From Parcubacteria group bacterium GW2011_GWC2_48_17 (GTDB lineage: Bacteria > Patescibacteriota > Minisyncoccia > Phycocordibacterales > UBA10002), in NCBI GenBank assembly GCA_001003605.1, contig LCPL01000010.1, forward strand, positions 1,528-65,527: a stretch of DNA of 64,000 nt, in the 5' to 3' direction. Position numbers and translations under genes: made by a program. How positions within the stretch are numbered: the first letter of the stretch is position 1; every line of letters starts with the position of its first letter. The notes under the pieces were generated by a model, which was not told where the DNA came from, searched no databases, and worked only from the letters and a program-made list of their open reading frames with translations. Below are positions 7,791-18,215 of this stretch, piece after piece.

Positions 7791-9122
7791 ATGGCGATAC
7801 TACCAGAAGAATTCCGTTCTCTTATAAACGCTAGACAATCCATCCGCTTTTTCGACAATGCGCGGACGATTCCCACGGATGTGATTGAAGCGATTATTGA
7901 CGATGCCCAGCAATCTCCGAATGACTGCAATCACCAGAGTTGGAAATTTGTCGTCGTAACCGACCACGCTCTTAAAGAGAGATTAGTGGACGCAGCCGGC
8001 AGCTGCGAACCCGCTAAACGCGCGTCGGTGCTTATTGTGCCACTTATAGAATCAGGGTGGAATCATAACAAGTTCTCAATCATACAGACTCTCGCGGCGG
8101 CGACTCACACGCTCATACTTTCCGCGAAGACGCGCGGAATTGAAAGCGTATGGATGGCCGGTATTGGGAATGTGGAGACGATACGAAAACTCTTACATAT
8201 TCCGCCCGCGTACATAATAGATTGCTTCGTTGGTCTTGGGTATGCAAAAGCAGAGCAGATGCCGTGGCCAAAAGCGCCGCGGCAGCCAGTAAAGAAAATC
8301 TGCTCGTTTAATCGTTTTGCGTTTGACCCGGATACCACCTACCCGCTTAAAAAATCAACCAAGTATGATTTTTGGAAAATCAGCAATCAGCGCAATCCGT
8401 ACGCTCTTTGGCATCCGAGGGATTGGACCATACGGCAAATCGCCTTTTTTCGCGGCAACGCGGTCTGGGCCAATTCTCCTTCGCCGACGCTTCACAAAAG
8501 CAGACGCTTGTCGCCGGAGTTTGACAAGGAAATAGAGTTCGCTTCTGCTCATCTTAAGGTCGGCAAGACACTCATCATGCTTCCGTATTCCGGAGCATAT
8601 TCCGCCGCGCTACTCAAAGAGGTTCCTGATGCGCTCATCACTCACTTTGAGCTTTCAGAGAATCACGAACCGATTATCAGAAAGAGAATGAAAGAAGAAG
8701 GAATCACGAATGAAATTCCATTTATTGCGGATGATGAGCTAAGTATCGCGCTTCCCGACAATTCTTTTGACAATGTACTCATTTTTCAAGGACTTGAAAT
8801 ATTGCCGGAGCCTTCGCGGCTTATCAAAGAAACAGAGCGCCTGCTTAAAATGAACGGACGCCTCTTCATAACCTGCCGCAACAAATGGTCGTGGTTTTTT
8901 CTCAAATTCTTGTGGGTGACCAAAAAGGAAACGGTGTGGAACTTCGGCCCATACTGGCCGCTTTCGCCGACGAAACTTAGAGGTATGCTACGCGATAAAT
9001 TTACAGGTAACTTTCTGGGAATCTCACCCCTCCCGAGACACATCGGAAGGCATGTCAAAAAATGGCCGTTTAATTACTTTTCCCGCCTCATCGTCTTCAT
9101 TGGCGAAAGAACTAAGATATGA
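7791..9122 (+). CDS. fusion of a nitroreductase-family domain with a class I SAM methyltransferase
   Basis: N-terminus SIRFFDNARTIPTDVIEAIIDDAQQSPNDCNHQSWKFVVV (nitroreductase fold); C-terminus DNSFDNVLIFQGLEILPEP...LKMNGRLFIT (MTase). Confidence 0.6.
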   Translation: MAILPEEFRSLINARQSIRFFDNARTIPTDVIEAIIDDAQQSPNDCNHQSWKFVVVTDHALKERLVDAAGSCEPAKRASVLIVPLIESGWNHNKFSIIQTLAAATHTLILSAKTRGIESVWMAGIGNVETIRKLLHIPPAYIIDCFVGLGYAKAEQMPWPKAPRQPVKKICSFNRFAFDPDTTYPLKKSTKYDFWKISNQRNPYALWHPRDWTIRQIAFFRGNAVWANSPSPTLHKSRRLSPEFDKEIEFASAHLKVGKTLIMLPYSGAYSAALLKEVPDALITHFELSENHEPIIRKRMKEEGITNEIPFIADDELSIALPDNSFDNVLIFQGLEILPEPSRLIKETERLLKMNGRLFITCRNKWSWFFLKFLWVTKKETVWNFGPYWPLSPTKLRGMLRDKFTGNFLGISPLPRHIGRHVKKWPFNYFSRLIVFIGERTKI

Positions 9123-10795
9123 GTGACCTAACACAAGTAAAAGCGCTCATTTCAAAAGGCGCGGAGTATCTATACCAAACCCGCGTCTGCGACGAAGACC
9201 ATCTTCCTCATGGGCGGAGGGCTTATGTGTGGCCTCTTCTTAACTGGCTTTACAAGCATGACGGGAATAAAGAGTGGGTGAAGAAGGCAGAAATAGTTGC
9301 CGATGAACTAGATCCTACCGTACGACACAATCCTTCTGGCGAGATGGTAATCTTTCCCGGACTTCATCATCGCCGTAATTATTCAACGAACGCGATAGAT
9401 TGCGGAACCTTCGTTGATTCGTTTTTTGATTTTAAAGAGCTTCAACGCGGTACTCCACACCCGCTTGATGCAAAAGTAAATGAAGTAGCCACTAATTATA
9501 TTCTTAAGAAAATAACTGGCCATAAAGACGTGCACGACCAATACCTTTGGGCGGCAACGGGCCTCGCGCGTTTTCTTGCCGAACTTGAAGAAGATGCAAA
9601 GACAAGCGAATACAAGAAGGCACTCGAGAACACGCTGGACTTTTGGCTGGGACTTAACGAAGAAGACGGATACTCTCCGTATATGCAAAGCGATAAATTC
9701 ATGGGCGGTCTCACCCCATACTATTTTTCAAGACGCATCGCGTTTAGCTGGTACATTCTTGAAAAGGCCAAATTGAGAAGGCCGGATATTGAGGAAAAGC
9801 TCCTGACGTCGGCGCATTTTTTAGCAAGACTTTTGAGGCCGGACGGAGTTAAAGAAATGCGTCTTGAAGCGAAGCGTTATTATTTTTGGGGCGAGTTTGA
9901 AGCTGACAGCCACCCCTTTGACCTGTACGTCTTTTATAAGAGCTATGAGAAGGCAAAAGATGAGTTTTGGCTGGACGCTTCCGCCGCGTCTTTTCGGCAG
10001 CTTTTGAAAGCTCAAATACCAAACGGAGCGATACGAAGCCGTACGTCCACTCAAGGCCTTCAAGATTGGCAGTGCGATACCATGCGGACGGGACACTTAG
10101 CGTGGCTCGCGCGGCTTCCGGATGAATATCTCTCCGAGATTTCAAATCGGAAAGTTCGACCTATTCGCACTCCGTACCGATTCAACAAAGCTTCTCCGAG
10201 TGAACGCGTACTGCTCATCGGGAACGCGGAGCGCTGGGTTCATTTTGTGACAAGGAAAGGGCAGATTGCCGGGTATGCCGGCGAACGCGTCTCCGGCTTG
10301 GCGCTACCATCCGGAAGCAACATCAATAACTTGCGCAGTCCGTGCCTTTTCCACTATCGTTCGCGCGGCAATCCGCTCCTCTTCTTTAGGCATAACCGGC
10401 CCGCGCTCATCGAAACGTTTAAGTACGCCTTATTTCACTCGTGGGACTGCTTTATGCACAAGAGGCATGTTAAGCTTGCATTCGCATTCCTTAAAGACGG
10501 CCTTTTTGGATATCTTTTCATCGGGTTTTTTACGAGAAGCACGGAGTTTCCCACGGAGATTTCAGGCCTTACTGTCGGCGCAAACTTCATCCGTCACGAC
10601 CTCACGCTCTCCGATATGAGCGGAAATCAAAAAGAGATAATCGGCAGGCGTGAAATACTCTGGGATGAAAAGGCGGTTATAAGCATCAAAGATACCCTTA
10701 CTGTTTCGACTCCGCTCAATCTCACGCATCAAGACGGAGTCACTCGCGTCCATGGTCCAAAAGTAATCCAGTTGACTTATTTACTTGGCGGTTAA
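9119..10795 (+). CDS. hypothetical 558-aa protein, function unknown
   Basis: Long uninterrupted ORF with an ATGA overlap onto the upstream gene; no recognisable motif. Confidence 0.5.
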   Translation: MSDLTQVKALISKGAEYLYQTRVCDEDHLPHGRRAYVWPLLNWLYKHDGNKEWVKKAEIVADELDPTVRHNPSGEMVIFPGLHHRRNYSTNAIDCGTFVDSFFDFKELQRGTPHPLDAKVNEVATNYILKKITGHKDVHDQYLWAATGLARFLAELEEDAKTSEYKKALENTLDFWLGLNEEDGYSPYMQSDKFMGGLTPYYFSRRIAFSWYILEKAKLRRPDIEEKLLTSAHFLARLLRPDGVKEMRLEAKRYYFWGEFEADSHPFDLYVFYKSYEKAKDEFWLDASAASFRQLLKAQIPNGAIRSRTSTQGLQDWQCDTMRTGHLAWLARLPDEYLSEISNRKVRPIRTPYRFNKASPSERVLLIGNAERWVHFVTRKGQIAGYAGERVSGLALPSGSNINNLRSPCLFHYRSRGNPLLFFRHNRPALIETFKYALFHSWDCFMHKRHVKLAFAFLKDGLFGYLFIGFFTRSTEFPTEISGLTVGANFIRHDLTLSDMSGNQKEIIGRREILWDEKAVISIKDTLTVSTPLNLTHQDGVTRVHGPKVIQLTYLLGG

Positions 10796-10816
10796 TTTAT
10801 CAAGCATTTTGTACAG

Positions 10817-10850
10817 TTAGCATTTGCTCACGGCCGTGAGCAAATGCTAA
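10817..10850. repeat. 34-bp perfect palindrome TTAGCATTTGCTCACGG|CCGTGAGCAAATGCTAA
   Basis: Read directly; intergenic between 10795 and 10914; related to the imperfect copy at 950-987. Confidence 0.6.
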
Positions 10851-10913
10851 ATTGAAGAAAAAGCCGTTTGATCATTTCTGGAAAAAGCAGGTTTTGTAAT
10901 TCACCGCAACAAT

Positions 10914-12050
10914 ATGGAACAACAGCGAATCTTCTACATAGCCAACATACGTTTTCCAACCGAGCGCGCGCACGGTATTCAGGTCGCGAAGATGTGCGAA
11001 GCATTTGCTCAAAACGGAGCAAAAGTTACACTTCTCGTTCCAAGCAGAAAGACCATTTCTGATGACCCTTTTTCCTATTACGGAATTGAACGCAACTTTG
11101 AAATTGAGAGAGTACCGGTTCCAGATGTCGTGAAATTCGGTATAGTGGGTTTTCTCATCGAATCGTTTTTATTCGCTCGGCGCGCCGCGAAGCGCGCCAA
11201 GAAAGAGACGAACGCGATTGTCTATACGCGTGAAGAGTTGCCGCTCCTATTTCTGCCGCGCCAAAGCGCGTTTTACGAAGCACATCAACTACGGAGAAGT
11301 TTCTTCCTTCGCCTGCTTTTTAAGCGTGCCAAAGGAATGATTTCAATCTCTCAAGGTCTCAAAGACGCGCTCGTCGAGGCTGGATATCCGAAAAGGAAAA
11401 TACTCGTTGCGCATGACGGCTACGATGAAAAGAAATTTTCCGTATCGGCAACCAAAGAAGAAGCTCGTAAGAAACTCTCACTTCCCGAAGATAAGAAAAT
11501 TGCGATGTATATTGGCGGGCTGGAACCATGGAAAGGAGCGGAGACACTGTGCAAGGCGGCAACATATTTGGTAAAAGACGACATTCTCACAGTAATAATC
11601 GGTGGAACAGATGAAGAAGTAAAAAGACTTCAGCCGAAATATCCCTGTGTTCGATTTTTAGGCGCTCGTCCGTATCGTGAGCTTCCGGTGAACCAACAGG
11701 CCGCGGATATCTTGGTAGTACCAAATTCGGCGATGTCAGAGATTGGTAGCAGATTTACCTCTCCATTAAAACTTTTCGCTCACATGGCGTCTGGGGTCGC
11801 TCTCGCCACCGCAAATGTCCCGGCACTCAAAGAAGTTGCTCTGCCAACGCAGGCGTTCATGTTTTTGTCGGACGACCCCCAAAATCTTGCCGATGTCATA
11901 AGGAGAGCTTTGTCGTCAGAATGTGTATCGGAACGGCTGTCAAAAGCCGCGGAAGCCAAGAAACGAGCGAGAGATTTTACATGGGACAGACGAGCTAAAA
12001 ATGTGCTAGCGTATATGAAATCATGTCTAAAACAAAAAGAGTCCTCATAA
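10914..12050 (+). CDS. GT4 family glycosyltransferase
   Basis: YIANIRFPTERAHGIQVAKM N-terminus and typical GT-B organisation. Confidence 0.8.
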   Translation: MEQQRIFYIANIRFPTERAHGIQVAKMCEAFAQNGAKVTLLVPSRKTISDDPFSYYGIERNFEIERVPVPDVVKFGIVGFLIESFLFARRAAKRAKKETNAIVYTREELPLLFLPRQSAFYEAHQLRRSFFLRLLFKRAKGMISISQGLKDALVEAGYPKRKILVAHDGYDEKKFSVSATKEEARKKLSLPEDKKIAMYIGGLEPWKGAETLCKAATYLVKDDILTVIIGGTDEEVKRLQPKYPCVRFLGARPYRELPVNQQAADILVVPNSAMSEIGSRFTSPLKLFAHMASGVALATANVPALKEVALPTQAFMFLSDDPQNLADVIRRALSSECVSERLSKAAEAKKRARDFTWDRRAKNVLAYMKSCLKQKESS

Positions 12051-12886
12051 CCGGCTCGAGCGGCTTTACAGGGAGGCACCTTGTCGCGTTCTTATCACAG
12101 GACGCGTCTTTGGAACTGCACCTTGCCGACCGCACTTCACCAAAATCGCCGCACTCTCGCTTCCACGCATGTGATGTATCAGAGGCTTTACTTGCGGCAC
12201 AGCTCGTCGCAAAAACGAAACCCTACGAAATCTATCACCTCGTCGGGAGCTATACGAACGACTATGACACGGATTACGTTTCAAATGTGGTAACCACGGA
12301 AAACATTCTTGACGCCGTTCGCGCGTCCGGCATGAAAACAAGAATTCTTCTTGTCGGGAGTTCGGCTGAATACGGATTTCCCATTGACCCAAACAAGGCG
12401 ATAGCGGAAGGCCATCCATGCAACCCGGTTTCCATCTACGGACTCGTGAAGCTATTTGCGACCGCGCTCATGGGAACATACGTTCGCTTGTACGGCATGA
12501 ACATTGTCGCGGTGCGGCCGTTCAATCTTTTCGGGAGCGGCATATCGGAGCGGCTTTTCGCGGGGAAAATGGAACAGGATATTACAAGGTATAGGCGCGG
12601 TGAAATAAGGGAAATTATCACTGGCGATTTAAACGTCGAGCGCGACTACATTGATATTGAGGAGGCAATCAAGTACTATTCCGCGGTGATGCAAAAGGGA
12701 AAGACCGGCGAAGTGTATAATATAGGAAGCGGAAAAAGCATCCCGCTCCGCGCCCTTCTTAAACGCATGCTTGCAGAGAATAACCTCTCGTTCAAATGCG
12801 TAAAAGAAGGTACGCATATTGTTCCGGGGAAAATAGTCGTCCCCAAAATATTCGCGGATATAAGCAAACTAAAACAACTAACCTAA
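12023..12886 (+). CDS. NAD-dependent epimerase/dehydratase (SDR)
   Basis: VLITGSSGFTGRHL Rossmann motif; YxxxK region present. Confidence 0.75.
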   Translation: MSKTKRVLITGSSGFTGRHLVAFLSQDASLELHLADRTSPKSPHSRFHACDVSEALLAAQLVAKTKPYEIYHLVGSYTNDYDTDYVSNVVTTENILDAVRASGMKTRILLVGSSAEYGFPIDPNKAIAEGHPCNPVSIYGLVKLFATALMGTYVRLYGMNIVAVRPFNLFGSGISERLFAGKMEQDITRYRRGEIREIITGDLNVERDYIDIEEAIKYYSAVMQKGKTGEVYNIGSGKSIPLRALLKRMLAENNLSFKCVKEGTHIVPGKIVVPKIFADISKLKQLT

Positions 12887-12890
12887 TCCC

Positions 12891-13388
12891 ATGGACAAGT
12901 CAAAGACCAAAGTAGAATTTTGCAAGTTTCCAGACTTTATTGATAAAGAAGGTAGCATTCGTTTAGAGCCGATTGGAAGAGCGAAAAACACGGTTAAGAA
13001 ACCAACACTCACTGGTTGGAAAAATCTTACCACCGAGATTGCGGTTGATAAACGATATACCAAAGGCCTAGATGGCATTGAAGATTACTCACATGTGATT
13101 ATTGTTTATTGGATGGGGGCAGAGACAGAATGTCATCTTAAACATCACCCGCAAGGAAGATCGGATGTGCCATACGGAGGAATTTTTGCTTGTCGTTGCC
13201 CGCAACGGCCAAACCGGATTGCGATTTCTACTGTAAAGTTGCTTTCAAGAAAAAGGAATACTATCAAAGTAAGAGGATTGGATATTCTTGACGGCACTCT
13301 TATCTTGGATATCAAACCATACACTCCTAACTATGATGTGGTAAACAAAGCAAGAGTTCCCGCGTGGGTTGGTCGGTTGGTTTTTTGA
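12891..13388 (+). CDS. TsaA/YaeB (UPF0066) family SAM-dependent methyltransferase-like protein
   Basis: RCPQRPNRIAISTVKLLS and VRGLDILDGTLILDIKPY motifs. Confidence 0.65.
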   Translation: MDKSKTKVEFCKFPDFIDKEGSIRLEPIGRAKNTVKKPTLTGWKNLTTEIAVDKRYTKGLDGIEDYSHVIIVYWMGAETECHLKHHPQGRSDVPYGGIFACRCPQRPNRIAISTVKLLSRKRNTIKVRGLDILDGTLILDIKPYTPNYDVVNKARVPAWVGRLVF

Positions 13389-13419
13389 CTTGTATTAGAT
13401 GAATTAGGTAATTTCTATC

Positions 13420-14352
13420 ATGCGCACGCTTACCGTCATCGCACCGGTCTACAACGAAGAGGAGGTCATCCTCGATTTTTACCGCGAGCTTAAAAAAGAG
13501 CTAGAAGGCCTTTCTGGATACCGGACTACCATACTTTTTTCAGTCGGCCGAGGTACGGATAAGACGCTAAAGATTTTGAAAGAAGTGGCCGAGAAGGATA
13601 GAGCAGTACGCGTACTGTATCTTTCTGCTCGGTGCGGACATCAAATGCAGCTTCTCGCCGGCATTGACCACGCGGATACAGATGCGGTGATTATGATGGA
13701 TTCGGATTTACAGCACCCCCCTTCTCTTATTCAGAAACTCCTCCTTGAGTTCGAGAAAGGAAATGACGTCGTCTATACAGTGAGAGAAGAAACTTTGAAC
13801 CAACCCGTTCTGCGAAAACTTTGTTCCGACATATTTTATTCCGTCTTAAATCGCATTTCCGATGTTCATATAAGCGGCAATGCCGCCGACTTTAGACTCA
13901 TATCGCGCCGCGTTGGAGACGTGCTTAAAAAAGATATAAGAGAGCGTAGTATGTTTCTACGAGGCATAGTGCCGTGGATCGGCTTTAATCAGACCGCGGT
14001 GCCGTTTGTCGCCAGTCCACGCCGCGCCGGAGTGAGCAAATATTCTCTTCCTCGCTTAATTACCTTTGGGCTTTCCGGCGTGGTTTCGTTCAGCAGAAAA
14101 CCACTTCGGATTACCATTCTCGCGGGTCTCCTCTTCGCTCTGTTTGGATTTCTCTATGCCCTGTTTACCATTGTCCAGTATTTGGTTCTCGACTCCCTTC
14201 CTTCCGGCTACGCGACGCTCGTTGTTCTTCTTTCAGTGTTCGGCGGGTTGCAGCTCATCTTCCTCGGCATCATCGGAGAATATGTCGGCGCGATTTTCGA
14301 TGAAGTGAAGAAGCGACCGCACTATATCGTGGACGAAAAGATTAACTTCTAA
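13420..14352 (+). CDS. GT2 polyprenyl-phosphate glycosyltransferase (GtrB/DPM1/ArnC-like) with C-terminal TM helices
   Basis: VIAPVYNEEE N-terminus, DSDLQHPP motif and two C-terminal hydrophobic helices. Confidence 0.8.
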   Translation: MRTLTVIAPVYNEEEVILDFYRELKKELEGLSGYRTTILFSVGRGTDKTLKILKEVAEKDRAVRVLYLSARCGHQMQLLAGIDHADTDAVIMMDSDLQHPPSLIQKLLLEFEKGNDVVYTVREETLNQPVLRKLCSDIFYSVLNRISDVHISGNAADFRLISRRVGDVLKKDIRERSMFLRGIVPWIGFNQTAVPFVASPRRAGVSKYSLPRLITFGLSGVVSFSRKPLRITILAGLLFALFGFLYALFTIVQYLVLDSLPSGYATLVVLLSVFGGLQLIFLGIIGEYVGAIFDEVKKRPHYIVDEKINF

Positions 14353-14365
14353 TTCTCCTGACCTC

Positions 14366-14567
14366 AAACAAAGCCCAAAGCACAGTGTCCAAAAACCCAA
14401 ACAATGAAGACAAACTACCAAAAACACAGTTCATAAAGACCCAAAATGGAAGTCGGCAGGGTCAATGTCGGCACCTGTGGACGGGATGAGTTTGTGTTTT
14501 GAGGATTTGTGCAGTTTGTTTGGACTTTGTGTACTGTGTTTTGTGAAGTTTAATGTAGGTAATTACT
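14366..14567 (+). repeat. bipartite intergenic repeat, copy A (A/C-rich arm, 40-nt spacer, G/T-rich arm)
   Basis: The G/T arm from about 14491 to 14567 is about 95 percent identical to 32454-32526; the A/C arm CACAGTGTCCAAAAACCCAAACAA is shared with 32398-32421. Confidence 0.7.
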
Positions 14568-14571
14568 AAGT

Positions 14572-16872
14572 ATGCACTGCACTATCTGTAACAGCAAGAA
14601 TACTTTGCTTCTTGACACTCCATTTCAGGTGTACGGCTGTAGGGACTGCCGCCATGAATGGAGCGCGTTACCTCCTCCCAAACAGGAAACATATCACCCG
14701 GAATATTTTCGCGAGAAGCACCGCAAATGGTTCGAATATCCGAACATCTCCCTGTTCAAGCGGATTCATGAAGCGACAGAGAGATATACGATAGGAAAGG
14801 ACACCTTTTCTTTTCTCGACATAGGGTGCGGTCAAGGAGACCTTCTCCGCTACTTAAAGGAGAAGGGGAGTCGCGCGAAGCTCTTCGGCATCGACTTGGT
14901 GCAAAATAAAGACGACGGTATCACATACTACCAAGGCGATTTCACGAGATTGCCTTTCACGCAGAAATTCGATGTCGTTTCTGGTCTTATGGTAATCGAG
15001 CATATCGGCGACCCGCACGAATTTATGCGAAAAACCACTTCCGTGCTCAAACCGGGCGGCTTCGTCATCATGAATACGATAAATTCAGGCGGATTTTTGT
15101 ACACGCTCGCCCGTTTTCTTCGGACGGTTGGTTTCCGCGCCCCTTTTGAGCGGCTCTACGACAAGCATCATCTTGAGCATTACAACACCTCGTCACTTCG
15201 CAAGTTGTTTGAACTTGAAGGGTACAGCATTATGAATCATCGCGTGCATAATTTTCCGCTTAACGCGCTTGACGTGCCGGAGGGAAGTAAAATGCTTGCG
15301 TTCTTCTATCGAACCTGCATAGCCTGCGCCTTTCTTCTCACCGCTCGCGTAGGAGGGGTGCACCAGACACTTATCTGCAGAAAAAGTAAAATTGGTTCAT
15401 CTATGCAGGCGAAGCTCAAAGCATTTATTCACACCTATCCGGGAGCGCTTTTCCTTATCGGCGTTTTGCTGTTCGTCAATTTCTACTCTTTCTCCACGCT
15501 CACGACAAAGCCCGCCTATTGGTACGACGAGGCGATGAACGTGGAACTCGCGAGAAATTTCGCTGACTTCGGCAAGCTTGACCTCATTGTCGCTCCGAAC
15601 ACCTTTTCGGGGCAAGGAGCGCTCGTTGGTTCTACCGGATACCCCATCACGGTTTCGCTTGCCGGCTTCTTCAAGATATTCGGATTCGGTCTTCCCCAAG
15701 CGCGCATCTTTATGCTTCTTTGGATTAGCACGCTTCTCGCGGTGTTCTTTTATATCGCGAAAGAGCTCTGGGGAACGCGCGTCGCGTACGCAGGCACGCT
15801 TCTCATCGCGACCTTTGCCCCGTTTTACGGAAACGGACGGAGCGTGATGGGCGAAATCCCCGGATTTCTCTTTTTCCTCTGCGCGTTCTATTTTCTTGAG
15901 CAAAAAAAGTGGTGGCAGTCGGGACTCCTACTTGGCCTTGCGGTAATCTCCAAACCCTCCATCTTTGTTTTTCTTATTCCGGCGTTCGCGCTTATCGTCC
16001 TCTGCAAGAGCGAAACATGGAAGAACAAGCTCATTCAACTCATAAAACTTGGCGGGAGCTCCACACTCGCGCTTTTGCCGTTTTTCGCCATCTACTTTGA
16101 TGAAATCGCGCGCGGAGGGCTCTTCCAAAATATCCTCCTGCACTTCAAGAACCCTTATGAAGAGGCCGGGTTAAGTGCCCTCACGAACATTGTGAACAAT
16201 CTCCCGACGCTCATCACCTCCACGACGTTCTGGTATTTGTGGGTGATGCTTGCCGTTATCATTTTCGCACTTTTTATAGAGCGGACGCTCTTCCGCGAGC
16301 ATTCTCATCTTTTCATCTTGGCGGGCGTCTATCTCCCGCTGTCGCTATTCCAATATCTTAAGAGTCTCGGCTATTTGCGATACTTAATAGCCGCCGAGTT
16401 TTTGATATTCATTTTGTTTCTTATCACACTCCCCGCACTCACAAAGTTCTTTGCCGAAAAATCAAAATTCTCCTGGAAAGCGCCACACATCACCGCGGCC
16501 GTCATTGTGGTTACGGTCATCATGCAGGTAATCCACTTGTTTACCTACGCCAATCTCTACTCGTCCACCAAGGCACAAGAAACAATTTTGCGCGTGTATG
16601 CGTCCTCCCTCCCGAGCACGGTAGGAATCATCAATGTCCCGCAAGTCGCAAGCTTCATTCCGGCGTTTCAGAAATATCAATACCTCTCTACCTACGGACT
16701 TTCCGAATTCGGGACTCGCATGCTCTATCTCGCGCCGGAGAAATTACCAGGCGTAATCATAACCGCGTCAGGGGATAGTGAACTTTCACCAGAAGAACGG
16801 GCTATCCTCGCGAGGAGCTATGACGAAGACATGGCGTTTACGGATGGCTTTTCGATATACAGGAAGAAGTAA
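14572..16872 (+). CDS. fusion of a Zn-ribbon/SAM methyltransferase with a large polytopic membrane domain (GT-C-like?)
   Basis: N-terminus CxxC...CxxC plus LDIGCGQGDLL MTase motif; C-terminal roughly 500 aa has more than 10 predicted TM helices. Confidence 0.6.
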   Translation: MHCTICNSKNTLLLDTPFQVYGCRDCRHEWSALPPPKQETYHPEYFREKHRKWFEYPNISLFKRIHEATERYTIGKDTFSFLDIGCGQGDLLRYLKEKGSRAKLFGIDLVQNKDDGITYYQGDFTRLPFTQKFDVVSGLMVIEHIGDPHEFMRKTTSVLKPGGFVIMNTINSGGFLYTLARFLRTVGFRAPFERLYDKHHLEHYNTSSLRKLFELEGYSIMNHRVHNFPLNALDVPEGSKMLAFFYRTCIACAFLLTARVGGVHQTLICRKSKIGSSMQAKLKAFIHTYPGALFLIGVLLFVNFYSFSTLTTKPAYWYDEAMNVELARNFADFGKLDLIVAPNTFSGQGALVGSTGYPITVSLAGFFKIFGFGLPQARIFMLLWISTLLAVFFYIAKELWGTRVAYAGTLLIATFAPFYGNGRSVMGEIPGFLFFLCAFYFLEQKKWWQSGLLLGLAVISKPSIFVFLIPAFALIVLCKSETWKNKLIQLIKLGGSSTLALLPFFAIYFDEIARGGLFQNILLHFKNPYEEAGLSALTNIVNNLPTLITSTTFWYLWVMLAVIIFALFIERTLFREHSHLFILAGVYLPLSLFQYLKSLGYLRYLIAAEFLIFILFLITLPALTKFFAEKSKFSWKAPHITAAVIVVTVIMQVIHLFTYANLYSSTKAQETILRVYASSLPSTVGIINVPQVASFIPAFQKYQYLSTYGLSEFGTRMLYLAPEKLPGVIITASGDSELSPEERAILARSYDEDMAFTDGFSIYRKK

Positions 16873-16875
16873 TCT

Positions 16876-16907
16876 AGCAATAGTATACGTTCGTATACTA
16901 TTGCTAA
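16876..16907. terminator. 14-bp perfect hairpin TAGCAATAGTATACG..CGTATACTATTGCTA directly after the stop codon
   Basis: Read directly. Confidence 0.5.
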
Positions 16908-17029
16908 AGTGGGGAGTAAGAAATAAGAGAGCGAAAGATAAGAGAAAAACTGTACCGATGACAGTCTCTGTAGGAAGTTATCGTTTCATATCAGTGCATT
17001 TATTATGAATCGTGTTACATTAAATACCC

Positions 17030-18055
17030 ATGGCGCAAGAACTTGAGAACAGGACGATATTGGTGACGGGAGGCGCTGGGTTCATGGGTTCGAATTTCAT
17101 TCATTTTCTTTTTGCCAATGTTCCCGGCGTGAAAGTTGTAAATCTTGACCTTCTCACGTACGCGGGCAATGTTCGAAATCTCGAAGGTATTGAAGGCAAA
17201 CCGTATACTTTCATACATGGAGATATAGCTGATGCCGCTCTTGCGGCAAAACTCTTCCTGAAGGCCGACTATGTCGTAAACTTCGCGGCCGAGACGCATG
17301 TGGACCGTTCTATTCATAAAGGCGCGGCCGACTTTGTCCACACCAACATTGAAGGAGTGCACGCGCTTCTTGAGGCGCTTCGCGCTTCACCGAACGTGAA
17401 AAAAATGGTGCAGGTCTCAACGGATGAAGTGTGGGGCGACCTCCCGCTCGGCTCAAAAAAGAAGTTTAACGAAGAAACGCCCTTCAAACCCAATTCTCCG
17501 TACGCCGCGTCCAAAGCCGGAGGAGACCTGCTTATTCGCTCGTATGTAAAAACATACGGCCTGCCGGTCATTGTGTCTCACTCGGTCAATAATTTCGGGC
17601 CGCGGCAATTCCCTGAAAAACTTATTCCATTCTTCGCGCTTCGCGCCATGAAAGGGGAGTCATTGCCTCTCTATGGCGACGGAAAAAACGTGCGCGATTG
17701 GCTCTATGTTGATGACCACTCCAGTGCCATCGCGACTCTTCTTAAAAAGGGAAAGGCCGGAGATGTTTACGCGATTTCCTGCGGCGAGGAATACGCAAAT
17801 ATCGATATCGCCAAAAAGATACTCGGCATTTTGGGAAAATCTGAGAAACTCATTACCTTTGTGAAGGACCGTCCCGCTCATGACCGCCGGTACTCCGTCG
17901 ATTCTTCAAAAATAAGAGCGCTCGGCTGGAGGCCCCGCATCTCATTTGATGAAAAACTCAAGGAAACTTTACAATGGTATTCCGAAAACAAATCGTGGAT
18001 TAAAGGTGTTATAAAGAACAACACAAATATAAATTCCCACATTAGCCTGAAATGA
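17030..18055 (+). CDS. rfbB: dTDP-glucose 4,6-dehydratase
   Basis: ILVTGGAGFMGSNF, YAASKAG and NFGPRQFPEKLIP motifs. Confidence 0.9.
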   Translation: MAQELENRTILVTGGAGFMGSNFIHFLFANVPGVKVVNLDLLTYAGNVRNLEGIEGKPYTFIHGDIADAALAAKLFLKADYVVNFAAETHVDRSIHKGAADFVHTNIEGVHALLEALRASPNVKKMVQVSTDEVWGDLPLGSKKKFNEETPFKPNSPYAASKAGGDLLIRSYVKTYGLPVIVSHSVNNFGPRQFPEKLIPFFALRAMKGESLPLYGDGKNVRDWLYVDDHSSAIATLLKKGKAGDVYAISCGEEYANIDIAKKILGILGKSEKLITFVKDRPAHDRRYSVDSSKIRALGWRPRISFDEKLKETLQWYSENKSWIKGVIKNNTNINSHISLK

Positions 18056-18082
18056 GCTGTATTTACCTTTAACGTAGCTTTT

Positions 18083-18215
18083 GTGACGGGATGATCCCGT
18101 TAGATGTCGCGGACGCTCGCGAATACATTACCTAGCATGGATAACGTATGTTTACCAATAATTACGGCGGGAGCCGCGGAAGACTTATCGTCCGCGTCCT
18201 ACCTCTAATGGGATG
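18083..18215 (+). promoter_or_regulatory. 5' leader element with terminal inverted repeats GATCCCGTTAGA ... TCTAATGGGATG; the right repeat contains the start codon
   Basis: Inverted repeats read directly; paralogous to 57755-57900. Confidence 0.5.
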
